Positions 48,711 through 56,981 of a stretch of DNA of 64,000 bases are shown here, piece by piece. This stretch comes from an uncultured virus (IMG/VR IMGVR_UViG_3300044732_001058). Lineage: Duplodnaviria; Heunggongvirae; Uroviricota; Caudoviricetes. Position numbers and translations under genes: made by a program. Position 1 is the first letter of the stretch, and each line of letters starts with the position of its first letter. The stretch is taken from IMG/VR virus record IMGVR_UViG_3300044732_001058; one strand, 5' to 3'. The notes beneath the pieces were generated by a model. It did no database searches, was not told the origin of the DNA, and was given only the letters and a program-made list of their open reading frames with translations.

Positions 48711-50264
48711 TTAACTAATTATTATACCTCTGTATCTTAGTATATTTCCAGTAGTAGATGATGTGGCTATTAATATTGGTTTTGATATCTGAGTAATAGT
48801 AGATGGTTCAGTTACAGTTATTGCTCCAAGTACCGTTGGAGATAGAAAATAAACGACACCAATTGTCAAACCACTTAAACCAGTAACTTTCCCTTCAAAT
48901 ACAATATCAAAAGAATCACCATTTACTAATTGAACTATACCAAATACCTCTGCATTTTGCGCCGAATCTGCCAATGCTTTATACCATGTTCCCGCATCAA
49001 ATCTAACAACGTCTCCTAATATAAATCCATGTGATACTTGAGTATAAGTTTCATATAATGAATATGAACTACCCATACCACTTGTGCCAGACGAACCTGA
49101 AGTCCCAGTAGATCCTGATGTTCCACTTGAACCGCTTGTTCCGCTGGTTCCTGAACTTCCTGAAGTACCTGACGTTCCACTAGATCCTGAAGTACCTGAT
49201 GTTCCGCTAGATCCTGAAGTTCCATTTACGCCAGAAGATCCAGAAGTACCGTTAATGCCTGAACTTCCACTTGTGCCAGAAGAACCGCTTGTTCCACTGG
49301 TTCCTGAACTTCCCGAAGTGCCTGATGTTCCACTAGATCCTGAAGTTCCATTTATTCCGCTAGATCCTGAAGTTCCATTTACGCCAGAAGATCCAGAAGT
49401 ACCGTTAATGCCTGAACTTCCACTTGTGCCAGAAGAACCGCTTGTTCCACTGGTTCCTGAGCTTCCTGAAGTGCCTGATGTTCCGCTAGATCCTGAAGTT
49501 CCATTTACGCCAGAAGATCCAGAAGTACCGTTAATGCCTGAACTTCCACTTGTACCAGAAGAACCGCTTGTTCCACTGGTTCCTGAGCTTCCTGAAGTGC
49601 CTGATGTTCCGCTAGATCCTGAAGTTCCATTTACGCCAGAAGATCCAGAAGTACCGTTAATGCCTGAACTTCCACTTGTGCCAGAAGAACCGCTTGTTCC
49701 ACTGGTTCCTGAACTTCCCGAAATGCCTGATGTTCCACTAGATCCTGAAGTTCCATTTATTCCGCTAGATCCTGAAGTTCCATTTACGCCAGAAGATCCA
49801 GAAGTACCGTTAATGCCTGAACTTCCACTTGTGCCAGAAGAACCGCTTGTTCCACTGGTTCCTGAGCTTCCTGAAGTGCCTGATGTTCCGCTAGATCCTG
49901 AAGTTCCATTTACGCCAGAAGATCCAGAAGTACCGTTAATGCCTGAACTTCCACTTGTACCAGAAGAACCGCTTGTTCCACTGGTTCCTGAGCTTCCTGA
50001 AGTGCCTGATGTTCCTGAACTACCTGACGTTCCACTCGTTCCACTACTACCTGATGTTCCAGACGTTCCAGATGAACCGCTAGTTCCTGAAGTGCCAGCC
50101 GGTCCTCTTTCAACAATATTACTAGTTGATCCTGCTGGCGCAACTGACTCTACTAAAATAGTATTCTTATTACTACTTTCAACAACAGTAGAATTAGATC
50201 CGCCTCCAACAGTTACATTTATTTGATTATTATTAGAGGAAACGTTGACATCTATATTTGACAT
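48711..50264 (-). CDS. Gly-X-Y (collagen-like) fibre protein with a C-terminal cement-like domain
   Basis: About 114 triplets (49080-50105); C-terminal HGFILGDVVRFD...KALAD..AEVFG domain paralogous to a domain in CDS 1..3802. Confidence 0.8.
   Translation of the reverse strand: MSNIDVNVSSNNNQINVTVGGGSNSTVVESSNKNTILVESVAPAGSTSNIVERGPAGTSGTSGSSGTSGTSGSSGTSGTSGSSGTSGTSGSSGTSGTSGSSGTSGSSGINGTSGSSGVNGTSGSSGTSGTSGSSGTSGTSGSSGTSGSSGINGTSGSSGVNGTSGSSGINGTSGSSGTSGISGSSGTSGTSGSSGTSGSSGINGTSGSSGVNGTSGSSGTSGTSGSSGTSGTSGSSGTSGSSGINGTSGSSGVNGTSGSSGTSGTSGSSGTSGTSGSSGTSGSSGINGTSGSSGVNGTSGSSGINGTSGSSGTSGTSGSSGTSGTSGSSGTSGSSGINGTSGSSGVNGTSGSSGTSGTSGSSGTSGTSGSSGTSGTSGSSGTSGSTGTSGSSGTSGMGSSYSLYETYTQVSHGFILGDVVRFDAGTWYKALADSAQNAEVFGIVQLVNGDSFDIVFEGKVTGLSGLTIGVVYFLSPTVLGAITVTEPSTITQISKPILIATSSTTGNILRYRGIIIS
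49080..50105 (-). repeat. Gly-X-Y coding repeat (GTS/GSS/GIN/GVN) with higher-order blocks
   Basis: Near-identical ~117-135 bp blocks repeated several times. Confidence 0.95.
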
Positions 50265-50265
50265 T

Positions 50266-50595
50266 TTATAATTGTGTTACATCAGCTAATACGTTTAATC
50301 TAAATTCAAAAAGAGTACAATCTAGTATCCCAGTAGAATAAAAATGTAAATCACCATACAAATTAATAGGAGGAAACCCTTTAGTAACTGAAGACGGAAA
50401 GCTAAATTGCACAACGCCTGTTCCGTTTACACCTGATACCGTTGTTGGCACAAATTGATATAATAAATTACCGTCAGGATGTGGACGCAATTGTCCTGTG
50501 CAAGTTATATTCGCGAAATCTAAATTAGCGGAAGTAACAGTTATTGTTTGCGTGGGAAATGTGTCTCCTCTTATTATTGATAACTGTGTCGCCAT
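50266..50595 (-). CDS. Putative fibre-anchoring collar protein (BppU-N/T5 LtfC-like)
   Basis: LSIIRGDTF...GQLR...LYGDL...V.ADVT pattern; first gene of the fibre operon. Confidence 0.6.
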   Translation of the reverse strand: MATQLSIIRGDTFPTQTITVTSANLDFANITCTGQLRPHPDGNLLYQFVPTTVSGVNGTGVVQFSFPSSVTKGFPPINLYGDLHFYSTGILDCTLFEFRLNVLADVTQL

Positions 50596-50605
50596 TTGTT
50601 ATTTA

Positions 50606-50611
50606 TTACAC
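50606..50611 (-). promoter_or_regulatory. GTGTAA motif
   Basis: 10 nt before ATG 50595, just downstream of a terminator. Confidence 0.6.
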
Positions 50612-50631
50612 GTTATATTAAATCTGGAGAC

Positions 50632-50658
50632 AAAAAAACCCAAGCTTTCGCTTGGGTT
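50632..50658 (-). terminator. Rho-independent terminator
   Basis: AACCCAAGC-GAAA-GCTTGGGTT followed by a T-tract on the minus strand. Confidence 0.88.
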
Positions 50659-50676
50659 CGCGTTGTTTATGTAAAC

Positions 50677-50883
50677 TTACTTTACCACTGGCAAGTCTGG
50701 ATTGACGACACCATTACTTGATGCATCAGCAGCAGACTTTGCGCGAGTGGTTAGTTCTTGATTAATAAGACGAAGATTGGCTTGCGCCATTTCGATCTTA
50801 CCGAGTTCATCATAAGCGAAAGCTTTTAGTTGAATGTCGCTTACTTGTGATAGGTTAACTTGATTCTGATTGTTCTGTTCCAT
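50677..50883 (-). CDS. Small coiled-coil hypothetical protein
   Basis: 68 aa; LKAFAYDEL..IE..Q.NL..IN.EL. Confidence 0.65.
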   Translation of the reverse strand: MEQNNQNQVNLSQVSDIQLKAFAYDELGKIEMAQANLRLINQELTTRAKSAADASSNGVVNPDLPVVK

Positions 50884-50904
50884 AATTAATTAAGGTACTA
50901 TATA

Positions 50905-51324
50905 TTATATCTCGCGAAGGATTTTTAAAGTTTTTAGATGCTTTGGATTATTAGGGTCTAAAATTAATGCTGGATTATTAATTAACATAGAAATACTGCC
51001 TTTATTTGTAGACTTAAATTCGCGCAATAGTTTTTCTTTAATTTGCATTCGTGAGCCGCTTGCAAATATGCCTATGTTTTCGCACATATGCTGCAAATCA
51101 ACAATAGCCATTTCATTTAGTCTTTCTCTAAAAACATCAATATTAGATGTGCCAAATGGATTCATCTTTCTAATGCCAAGAATTTCTTCTAGCTTTTTAA
51201 CTTTTTCAATGTCTGGATCGAGATGAGTTTTTCCATCCGCAAGCGTTAGATTATCTATGTCTGACTTCTTAGGTTCAGGCTTTTTTGCATCTGTTGGGAT
51301 ATTTTTAATTGACTTTTTAGCCAT
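50905..51324 (-). CDS. Hypothetical protein with a SAP/Rho-N-like helical motif
   Basis: LNEMAIVDLQHMCENIGIFASGSRMQIKEKL; follows the capsid gene. Confidence 0.55.
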   Translation of the reverse strand: MAKKSIKNIPTDAKKPEPKKSDIDNLTLADGKTHLDPDIEKVKKLEEILGIRKMNPFGTSNIDVFRERLNEMAIVDLQHMCENIGIFASGSRMQIKEKLLREFKSTNKGSISMLINNPALILDPNNPKHLKTLKILREI

Positions 51325-51332
51325 ATACTATA

Positions 51333-51338
51333 TTACAC
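51333..51338 (-). promoter_or_regulatory. GTGTAA motif
   Basis: 8 nt before ATG 51324, just downstream of the capsid terminator. Confidence 0.6.
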
Positions 51339-51355
51339 AAAATATATATTATTCA

Positions 51356-51388
51356 ATAAAAAAGGCGTTACCCTTTCGGATAACGCCT
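51356..51388 (-). terminator. Rho-independent terminator after the major capsid gene
   Basis: AGGCGTTATCC-GAAA-GGGTAACGCCT then TTTTT on the minus strand. Confidence 0.88.
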
Positions 51389-51412
51389 AATTTATGACGG
51401 ACTTACTACATA

Positions 51413-52588
51413 TCAGACTATAAGACCCACAAGCGCTCTGTTGTCGAGAACCATACGACCCTCTTCAAGAGAACCATAATAACCAATCTTACCCTGACGA
51501 AGAGTATATTGGTCATCAGCGACTAGATTGAACTCAGAACCGCTGTCAGCATCAACAGCTACAGCGCGAATTAGTGAATCACGGCTTCTGTCAAGACCAA
51601 CTATGATCTGTTCAGTAGCGAGGAATTGCTGGGCAGTTCCACTATTTGCATTTACAGCATAGTTGTCAGCGTAAGCTGTAGAACCAGCGACTGTATCGAA
51701 AATTGTGGTGAACTTCTTACCAACACCGAACTCTAGAATTTCCATGATTGAAACTCCGAAGAATTCAGGTAGACCAGCTTGATTGAAAAGTTGGTTACGA
51801 ATTTCATCGGTAGCAGTGATAGGAGCATTACCAGCGCTATTAGAAGTACTGGCAGTACCAGCTATAGAAGCTTTGGTATTGATTGGATTATAAGCCATAC
51901 CACGAATTTCTTCGATGATTTCTGGAGAAACGATAAGATCGGTTAGACCTCTACGAGCGCCAGAAGGAGTACCACCAACGAATGAAGCATTAATACGCTT
52001 GATCTTAGTGAACAACTTGTTCAAGTCGTTAAGAACGAAACGTCCAGCAGCAGCAGCGCGGAAGGTGTGATAGTTATTAGCGGCAGTAGCATCATTACCA
52101 GTAGAAGCTTGAGCTAGAGCAGTCATTACGAGGTTAGCAGAAGTTCTTTCTTGCTTGAGCATAACTTCTTGAGCTATGCGAGTGAAAGACTTACTAACTA
52201 CGTCCAAACGACTCTTGGCAGCGTACTTCTTATCGAAAGCGATTGCGCTATCGAGACGATAAGTAGCAATCTTTAGCTCAGAAGCCAAAGGTTGAACTAC
52301 GTTCTGAGGAAGACCACCAGCTACACTCTGACTATAGACCTTGATGTAATCTTCATCGAAGATATCATAATAGAGGTCTAGAGGAATTGAGGGATTATCT
52401 TCAGCATTGAATTGAAGACTTGTGAACAAATTAGAAATAGTTGGGGCGTTATTAATAACTTCAGCCAAAACTGGTCCAATGAATTCAGCCAAAGCTACTT
52501 GAGCATCGAAGGCTACTTCACGGTTCTTTGAGGCTAGAGCTTTAATTAGCTCGACTTGTTCGTCTGTTCTCTTTAAAACGATTTTCAT
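51413..52588 (-). CDS. Major capsid protein (HK97 fold inferred)
   Basis: 391 aa; follows protease and decoration genes; LIVSPE motif; C-terminal IGYYGSLEEGRMVLDNRAL; followed by a strong terminator. Confidence 0.82.
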   Translation of the reverse strand: MKIVLKRTDEQVELIKALASKNREVAFDAQVALAEFIGPVLAEVINNAPTISNLFTSLQFNAEDNPSIPLDLYYDIFDEDYIKVYSQSVAGGLPQNVVQPLASELKIATYRLDSAIAFDKKYAAKSRLDVVSKSFTRIAQEVMLKQERTSANLVMTALAQASTGNDATAANNYHTFRAAAAGRFVLNDLNKLFTKIKRINASFVGGTPSGARRGLTDLIVSPEIIEEIRGMAYNPINTKASIAGTASTSNSAGNAPITATDEIRNQLFNQAGLPEFFGVSIMEILEFGVGKKFTTIFDTVAGSTAYADNYAVNANSGTAQQFLATEQIIVGLDRSRDSLIRAVAVDADSGSEFNLVADDQYTLRQGKIGYYGSLEEGRMVLDNRALVGLIV

Positions 52589-52609
52589 ATTATTTATTAG
52601 TTAAATGGA

Positions 52610-53287
52610 TTAAACAACGTAGGAGGAATTACAATCGAATTGAACAAGAGCGTATTTACCAGTAGTAGTACCAGCAAAATAGTCACTCTTACCATTCTGA
52701 GAAACACGTTGACCAGTGCCGAGAATACGGCCAATGATACTTGTGGTTCCAGTGATTGGAGATACAGCGCTAGCCAATAGGCCAGAAACCTTACCAGCGT
52801 TAGCTGAGATGATAAGATGGCTATTAACAACCATGTTAGCGTCAACCCAGTCAATAGCTGTATCAGCTAATGTGAAGATACCGCGACTAACTACAGGTAC
52901 AGCTTGTCCAGTGAGAACGGCTTGTAGTTCTGCTCTCTTTACTGGATTGTAAAGAAGTCTTTCACCATTTTCATCAGTGGCTAGAGTCTGATTAAGAGTC
53001 ATGCCAAGAACTGGAACACCAGCGGTGGCGGCTGTAAATTGCAAAGGTACAGCAGGGTATTGAGCAGCACCCAAGAAAGGGTAATCTGATTTACCAAGTG
53101 TATTTGTGATATCGGTAGCTGTGTACTGAATTGGATCGAGATCCAAATTACCAGCAGATACCTTGACGAAAACACCTGCTGAACCATTACCATTTGTAGA
53201 TGGTGTGGCATCAACAGTGTCGCTCGCGAACATGTTGATAACATCAACGTCGCTATACTGTCTGAATGGATATAATCTTAGTGACAT
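52610..53287 (-). CDS. Head decoration/cement protein
   Basis: Between protease/scaffold and capsid; LGMTL...DENGE.L...GQAVPVVSRG; Ala/Gly/Thr-rich. Confidence 0.65.
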   Translation of the reverse strand: MSLRLYPFRQYSDVDVINMFASDTVDATPSTNGNGSAGVFVKVSAGNLDLDPIQYTATDITNTLGKSDYPFLGAAQYPAVPLQFTAATAGVPVLGMTLNQTLATDENGERLLYNPVKRAELQAVLTGQAVPVVSRGIFTLADTAIDWVDANMVVNSHLIISANAGKVSGLLASAVSPITGTTSIIGRILGTGQRVSQNGKSDYFAGTTTGKYALVQFDCNSSYVV

Positions 53288-53293
53288 ATATTT

Positions 53294-54886
53294 TTAAAAT
53301 TTAACTGTTATGTTTTCCTTGCTGAAAGCTTTACCTAGTCTTTCTTTCCAAGAAGCTTTTGCTTCTGAAGGAGCGAGTGACTGAGCGGGTATAGCTGGCT
53401 CTTCGCGTTTGGCGTTAGCCAAAGCTGTTTCAACTTCAACTGTCTTTTCGACAACTTCAGTTCGTTGAGTCTTTGCTTGTCCCATTCTCTTTGCCAATTC
53501 GGCTTCCAGACGTTCTTGGAAAAATTTATCTTGATCTTGCTTTGAAGCTTTGTTCTTGTGTCTAAAAAGAACAGCGAGCTTTTCTTTATAAGAAGCAAAC
53601 GCCTCTTCTGTGTTTGCCAAAGCAGATACTTCTTTAGCTAGAAACTGACGATCAATCTCATCAAGATCATAATCAGTATCTAGGAAACTCATTCTTGAAC
53701 TATAAAGTTCTTGAGAAGCTTGAGCGGAAATTGTTTTTTCGAGTTCTGCTAATTTAGCGAGAGTCTCAGAAAGTTTGTTGTTGTTCTCATCAAGATCTTT
53801 CTTGAATTTTTCAACTTGAGCGATAGCTTCAGCCTTAGCGACTTCAGCATTTTCCATCTCTTGCTTCATTTCGTCACTCTTTAGTTTAATGCTCTCAGCG
53901 ATCTTGGCTGAAATAGAAGCTACGGCTTCATCACTAAACTTGGCAGTATCTTGCTTTTCAGCGAGAACTGTTTTTAATGCAGATAGTATTTGTTCTAAAT
54001 CCATAATTTTTGTTTTGGTAATATTTACAGGTTGTTTTTGTTTTTGTGAAAATATTTTATTGTTAAAGTTTAATAATTCTACAGAATCGACTTCATAAAA
54101 CTCAGCTTCTTCTGTTTCTATTTCTTGTTTTTCGTTTTCAATTTCTATAGCAGATGTTCCATCATCAATTACTACGCCTTTAACATCAGCAGCAGGATTG
54201 CTTGTGAATCCGATACCTAAAGGATAAATACGTCCAGTAACCAAACGATATACTGGAGTTCCATCGTTCATATATCCAGATCCATCAAAGCCTTTTAAAT
54301 ATTTCTTGAATTCATCTATTTGTTCTTTTTTAGTGATAATCTCCGCTTGCTTCAAATCTAAACTTCCAACTGCAATATAATACTCATTAAATCCTATCTC
54401 CCAACTTGCACTAATTTTTTCATATAATGCGGAATCAGGATCGTTAGAATCCATTAATGCGTCTGCGAAATCGCGATCAACTGTTTTATAAATTACAGCG
54501 GCCAAAGCAATATTAAATGGACTAAGACTTCCTCTTACATCTTCGTCAGATAATATTTTATTTTCTCCATAAGAAGAAAACGCTGAATTAACAATATGCC
54601 CAACTACTCTTTTTTTGTTATGCTCAATATTTGTTGGCTTATGAATGAAATAATTTTTAAACGCAATAGCTGTATTCGTATCAATACCATCACCATTTTT
54701 ATTAAAACGATTTACAAGAGCCGCATTAAATGCGGCCCCAACTAAATCGACATTCTTTTCTAAATTAACTGAAGAAGGTATAATTGACTTAAGCGGTTCC
54801 AATGAAGCTTGCGACAACAAAACATTGCTATCGAAATTTAACGAAGCCGTAACTATGTTGTCAAATTTAGTTCTATAAAGGAACAT
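53294..54886 (-). CDS. Prohead protease with C-terminal scaffold
   Basis: NKNGDGID, KPTNIEH..VVGHI, ASWEIGF, GIGFTSNPAA, then a long acidic coiled coil; after the portal. Confidence 0.8.
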   Translation of the reverse strand: MFLYRTKFDNIVTASLNFDSNVLLSQASLEPLKSIIPSSVNLEKNVDLVGAAFNAALVNRFNKNGDGIDTNTAIAFKNYFIHKPTNIEHNKKRVVGHIVNSAFSSYGENKILSDEDVRGSLSPFNIALAAVIYKTVDRDFADALMDSNDPDSALYEKISASWEIGFNEYYIAVGSLDLKQAEIITKKEQIDEFKKYLKGFDGSGYMNDGTPVYRLVTGRIYPLGIGFTSNPAADVKGVVIDDGTSAIEIENEKQEIETEEAEFYEVDSVELLNFNNKIFSQKQKQPVNITKTKIMDLEQILSALKTVLAEKQDTAKFSDEAVASISAKIAESIKLKSDEMKQEMENAEVAKAEAIAQVEKFKKDLDENNNKLSETLAKLAELEKTISAQASQELYSSRMSFLDTDYDLDEIDRQFLAKEVSALANTEEAFASYKEKLAVLFRHKNKASKQDQDKFFQERLEAELAKRMGQAKTQRTEVVEKTVEVETALANAKREEPAIPAQSLAPSEAKASWKERLGKAFSKENITVKF

Positions 54887-54897
54887 ATATTTACATT

Positions 54898-54903
54898 TTA
54901 CAC
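54898..54903 (-). promoter_or_regulatory. GTGTAA motif overlapping the portal stop codon
   Basis: 11 nt before ATG 54886. Confidence 0.6.
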
Positions 54904-56934
54904 GGAATACTTAGTACTGTGATATAAAAGTGCTGCTGCATATGTGTCTAAATCATGTTCGCCAGCAGTAGTTTGTATCTCACTTAATATGTTTAGCTTG
55001 TCTAATTTATTTGGATCGTTTAGAACTTCTGTAGCTAAAGAAGTCCAAGATTCACATTGAGATCCTAATATGATTGCTTCAGAAATGCCTTGTGCTAATT
55101 TATTCTGTTCAGCGTTTAAAGATTTTTTAGAATATTTCTTTTTCAAACCTAATTCTACAATAGAATACAAATCTTTTGTTTTGTCCATGACTTTAGCGAT
55201 TGCCTCTTTTGCATAAACAGAAGCGTTAGATCCGACAGGACGACCTTTTTCAGTTGGAGTTGTTGTCTTTTTGATTGCGGATTTAATTCCTGAAACTTCA
55301 GGCGTTGGAGGAGCGATAACAGGAACGCCGCCAACAATTGGGTTATAATATCCCTTCTTTCTTTCTTCTACAAACTTAGCTTGAGCAGTGCCTAACTCTT
55401 CTTTAGTTGGATAAATACCAGTTTCAATTACTCTCAACCCTTCTTCTGGAGGCAGTATTCCTAGTTCCATCATGCGCGTGACCACGCGATTAAATTGAGT
55501 CTCGTCTTTAATAGACACCTCTTCAAACTTAGCGATAGGGCATTTACCTTTAAATCCCAAGTTGCGAAAAATCAATTCCATTTCAGGCTGTAGAAAATCA
55601 TTCAAGAAAGCTTTTCTAGCTTCTTTTAATCTTTCAAAAAATACTTGAGCTTTGACAGTTGTATTCGCAAACTTTTCTGAACCGATAAGAATGTTCTGCA
55701 ATCCTTCTTTAATGTCCTCATTAACGACTTTATACTTTTCATATCCTAAAACTTTATTCATATCTGGGATAATGAACTCAGCTTTTGTTGTATAATCTGC
55801 AACAAGAACGCGACCAACAGATTGATTGCTCAAAAGATTTTGCATCGCTTTTATATTCTTGTGATTAATACCTCCTTTAGCTGGTTCGCTACCCATAGTT
55901 ATCAATAGAATAACATTCTCAATTGTGCGGCAAATAGCTTGATCAATCTTTTTCATTTCCATCTTGAAATTGATATCATCAAGAACGGCGAAACCAAAAG
56001 GTATAGCAAAAGGTTCGTAATCTTGCTTCTTATAAAAAGAATAAATAATATCTGTAGGATTCAATTGAATTTTAAGCCCATCTCTTGCCCATTGACCCAA
56101 TCTGATTTTTTCTTTTGTATCGTTGTCTAAACTATCGAATACAACTTTATCGTGATCGTTTTTAGGCGATCTAAGTCTTTCTAATTCGTATTCAGAAAGT
56201 ATTTTTTGATAAACAATTTGATGCCAAGAACTTGTGTGATTTGTTGTTAAATAATATGGATTGAGCAGTGTGTATTGAACTGGAATTAAATTCTTTACGT
56301 CGTATGGCGTAGGATAATTATACAATTTAATATCTGTATTATAAGACGCTCCATCATATGAAGCGTATGTTTCTAGAATTTTTTGAAAATCGTCGATATT
56401 AAATTTAGCATTTATCTTGTAAAAGAAAACATTACCACTGCGATAATACTCGCGGAAGTATTGATCTTTAACATTCCACATCCTTGTATACTTCATCCAT
56501 TTTGAGAAAAAGTCTTTTGATTTTTGACTTCCACCTTCTAAATATATTTCAGCATTAGCAAATTCAGACATAATATCAACAGCATTTCTAAAAATAGCTA
56601 TATTTGCATAAGCTTTCTGGCATAATTCTATAGCGTCACGAATATTATATCCGTTAATAGAAGTTTCGAATGGCAACATTCCTTCTCTAATGTTTCCGTA
56701 TTTATAAATCTTTGGTCCTACATAAGCCAAATTTCTACGTAAATTAGTAGACTCGCCTCCTCCACTTCTTTCATAACTAGAAGCTTTAGCCTCTTGTTGA
56801 TAGAATGGATCACCAACTAAAGAAGGTTCAGAAGCATTATCTCTTAACATAGCGTCAAGCGGCTCAGACTGCCCCTCTTGAGCTTTAGAGAATTTGCCCC
56901 AATAATCTGATCTTTTATTATATTTGCGACTCAT
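54898..56934 (-). CDS. Portal protein
   Basis: Between terminase and protease; IFRNAVDIMSEFA, REYYRSGNVF, YTLLNP, KKQDYEPFAIPF. Confidence 0.82.
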   Translation of the reverse strand: MSRKYNKRSDYWGKFSKAQEGQSEPLDAMLRDNASEPSLVGDPFYQQEAKASSYERSGGGESTNLRRNLAYVGPKIYKYGNIREGMLPFETSINGYNIRDAIELCQKAYANIAIFRNAVDIMSEFANAEIYLEGGSQKSKDFFSKWMKYTRMWNVKDQYFREYYRSGNVFFYKINAKFNIDDFQKILETYASYDGASYNTDIKLYNYPTPYDVKNLIPVQYTLLNPYYLTTNHTSSWHQIVYQKILSEYELERLRSPKNDHDKVVFDSLDNDTKEKIRLGQWARDGLKIQLNPTDIIYSFYKKQDYEPFAIPFGFAVLDDINFKMEMKKIDQAICRTIENVILLITMGSEPAKGGINHKNIKAMQNLLSNQSVGRVLVADYTTKAEFIIPDMNKVLGYEKYKVVNEDIKEGLQNILIGSEKFANTTVKAQVFFERLKEARKAFLNDFLQPEMELIFRNLGFKGKCPIAKFEEVSIKDETQFNRVVTRMMELGILPPEEGLRVIETGIYPTKEELGTAQAKFVEERKKGYYNPIVGGVPVIAPPTPEVSGIKSAIKKTTTPTEKGRPVGSNASVYAKEAIAKVMDKTKDLYSIVELGLKKKYSKKSLNAEQNKLAQGISEAIILGSQCESWTSLATEVLNDPNKLDKLNILSEIQTTAGEHDLDTYAAALLYHSTKYSV

Positions 56935-56945
56935 GTTAATAATAG

Positions 56946-56951
56946 TTACAC
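56946..56951 (-). promoter_or_regulatory. GTGTAA motif upstream of the portal gene
   Basis: 11 nt before ATG 56934. Confidence 0.6.
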
Positions 56952-56954
56952 ATT

Positions 56955-56971
56955 GTCACTTTAAAAGTGAC
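56955..56971. promoter_or_regulatory. Perfect 8-bp inverted repeat GTCACTTT-A-AAAGTGAC
   Basis: In the terminase-portal intergenic gap, next to GTGTAA. Confidence 0.4.
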
Positions 56972-56981
56972 TTTTTAGCTT

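Noticed and set aside
47651..50226. PEEPLV/PEDPEV ORFs (47651..48646, 49084..50226) and other alternative-frame ORFs
   Set aside because: Shadow frames of the GTS/GSS repeats within genes that have coherent non-repeat domains
52597..53598. Small overlapping ORFs inside the decoration and protease genes (and similar 60-150 aa ORFs inside TMP, gpJ, portal and terL)
   Set aside because: Nested in well-supported genes, with no motifs or initiation signals
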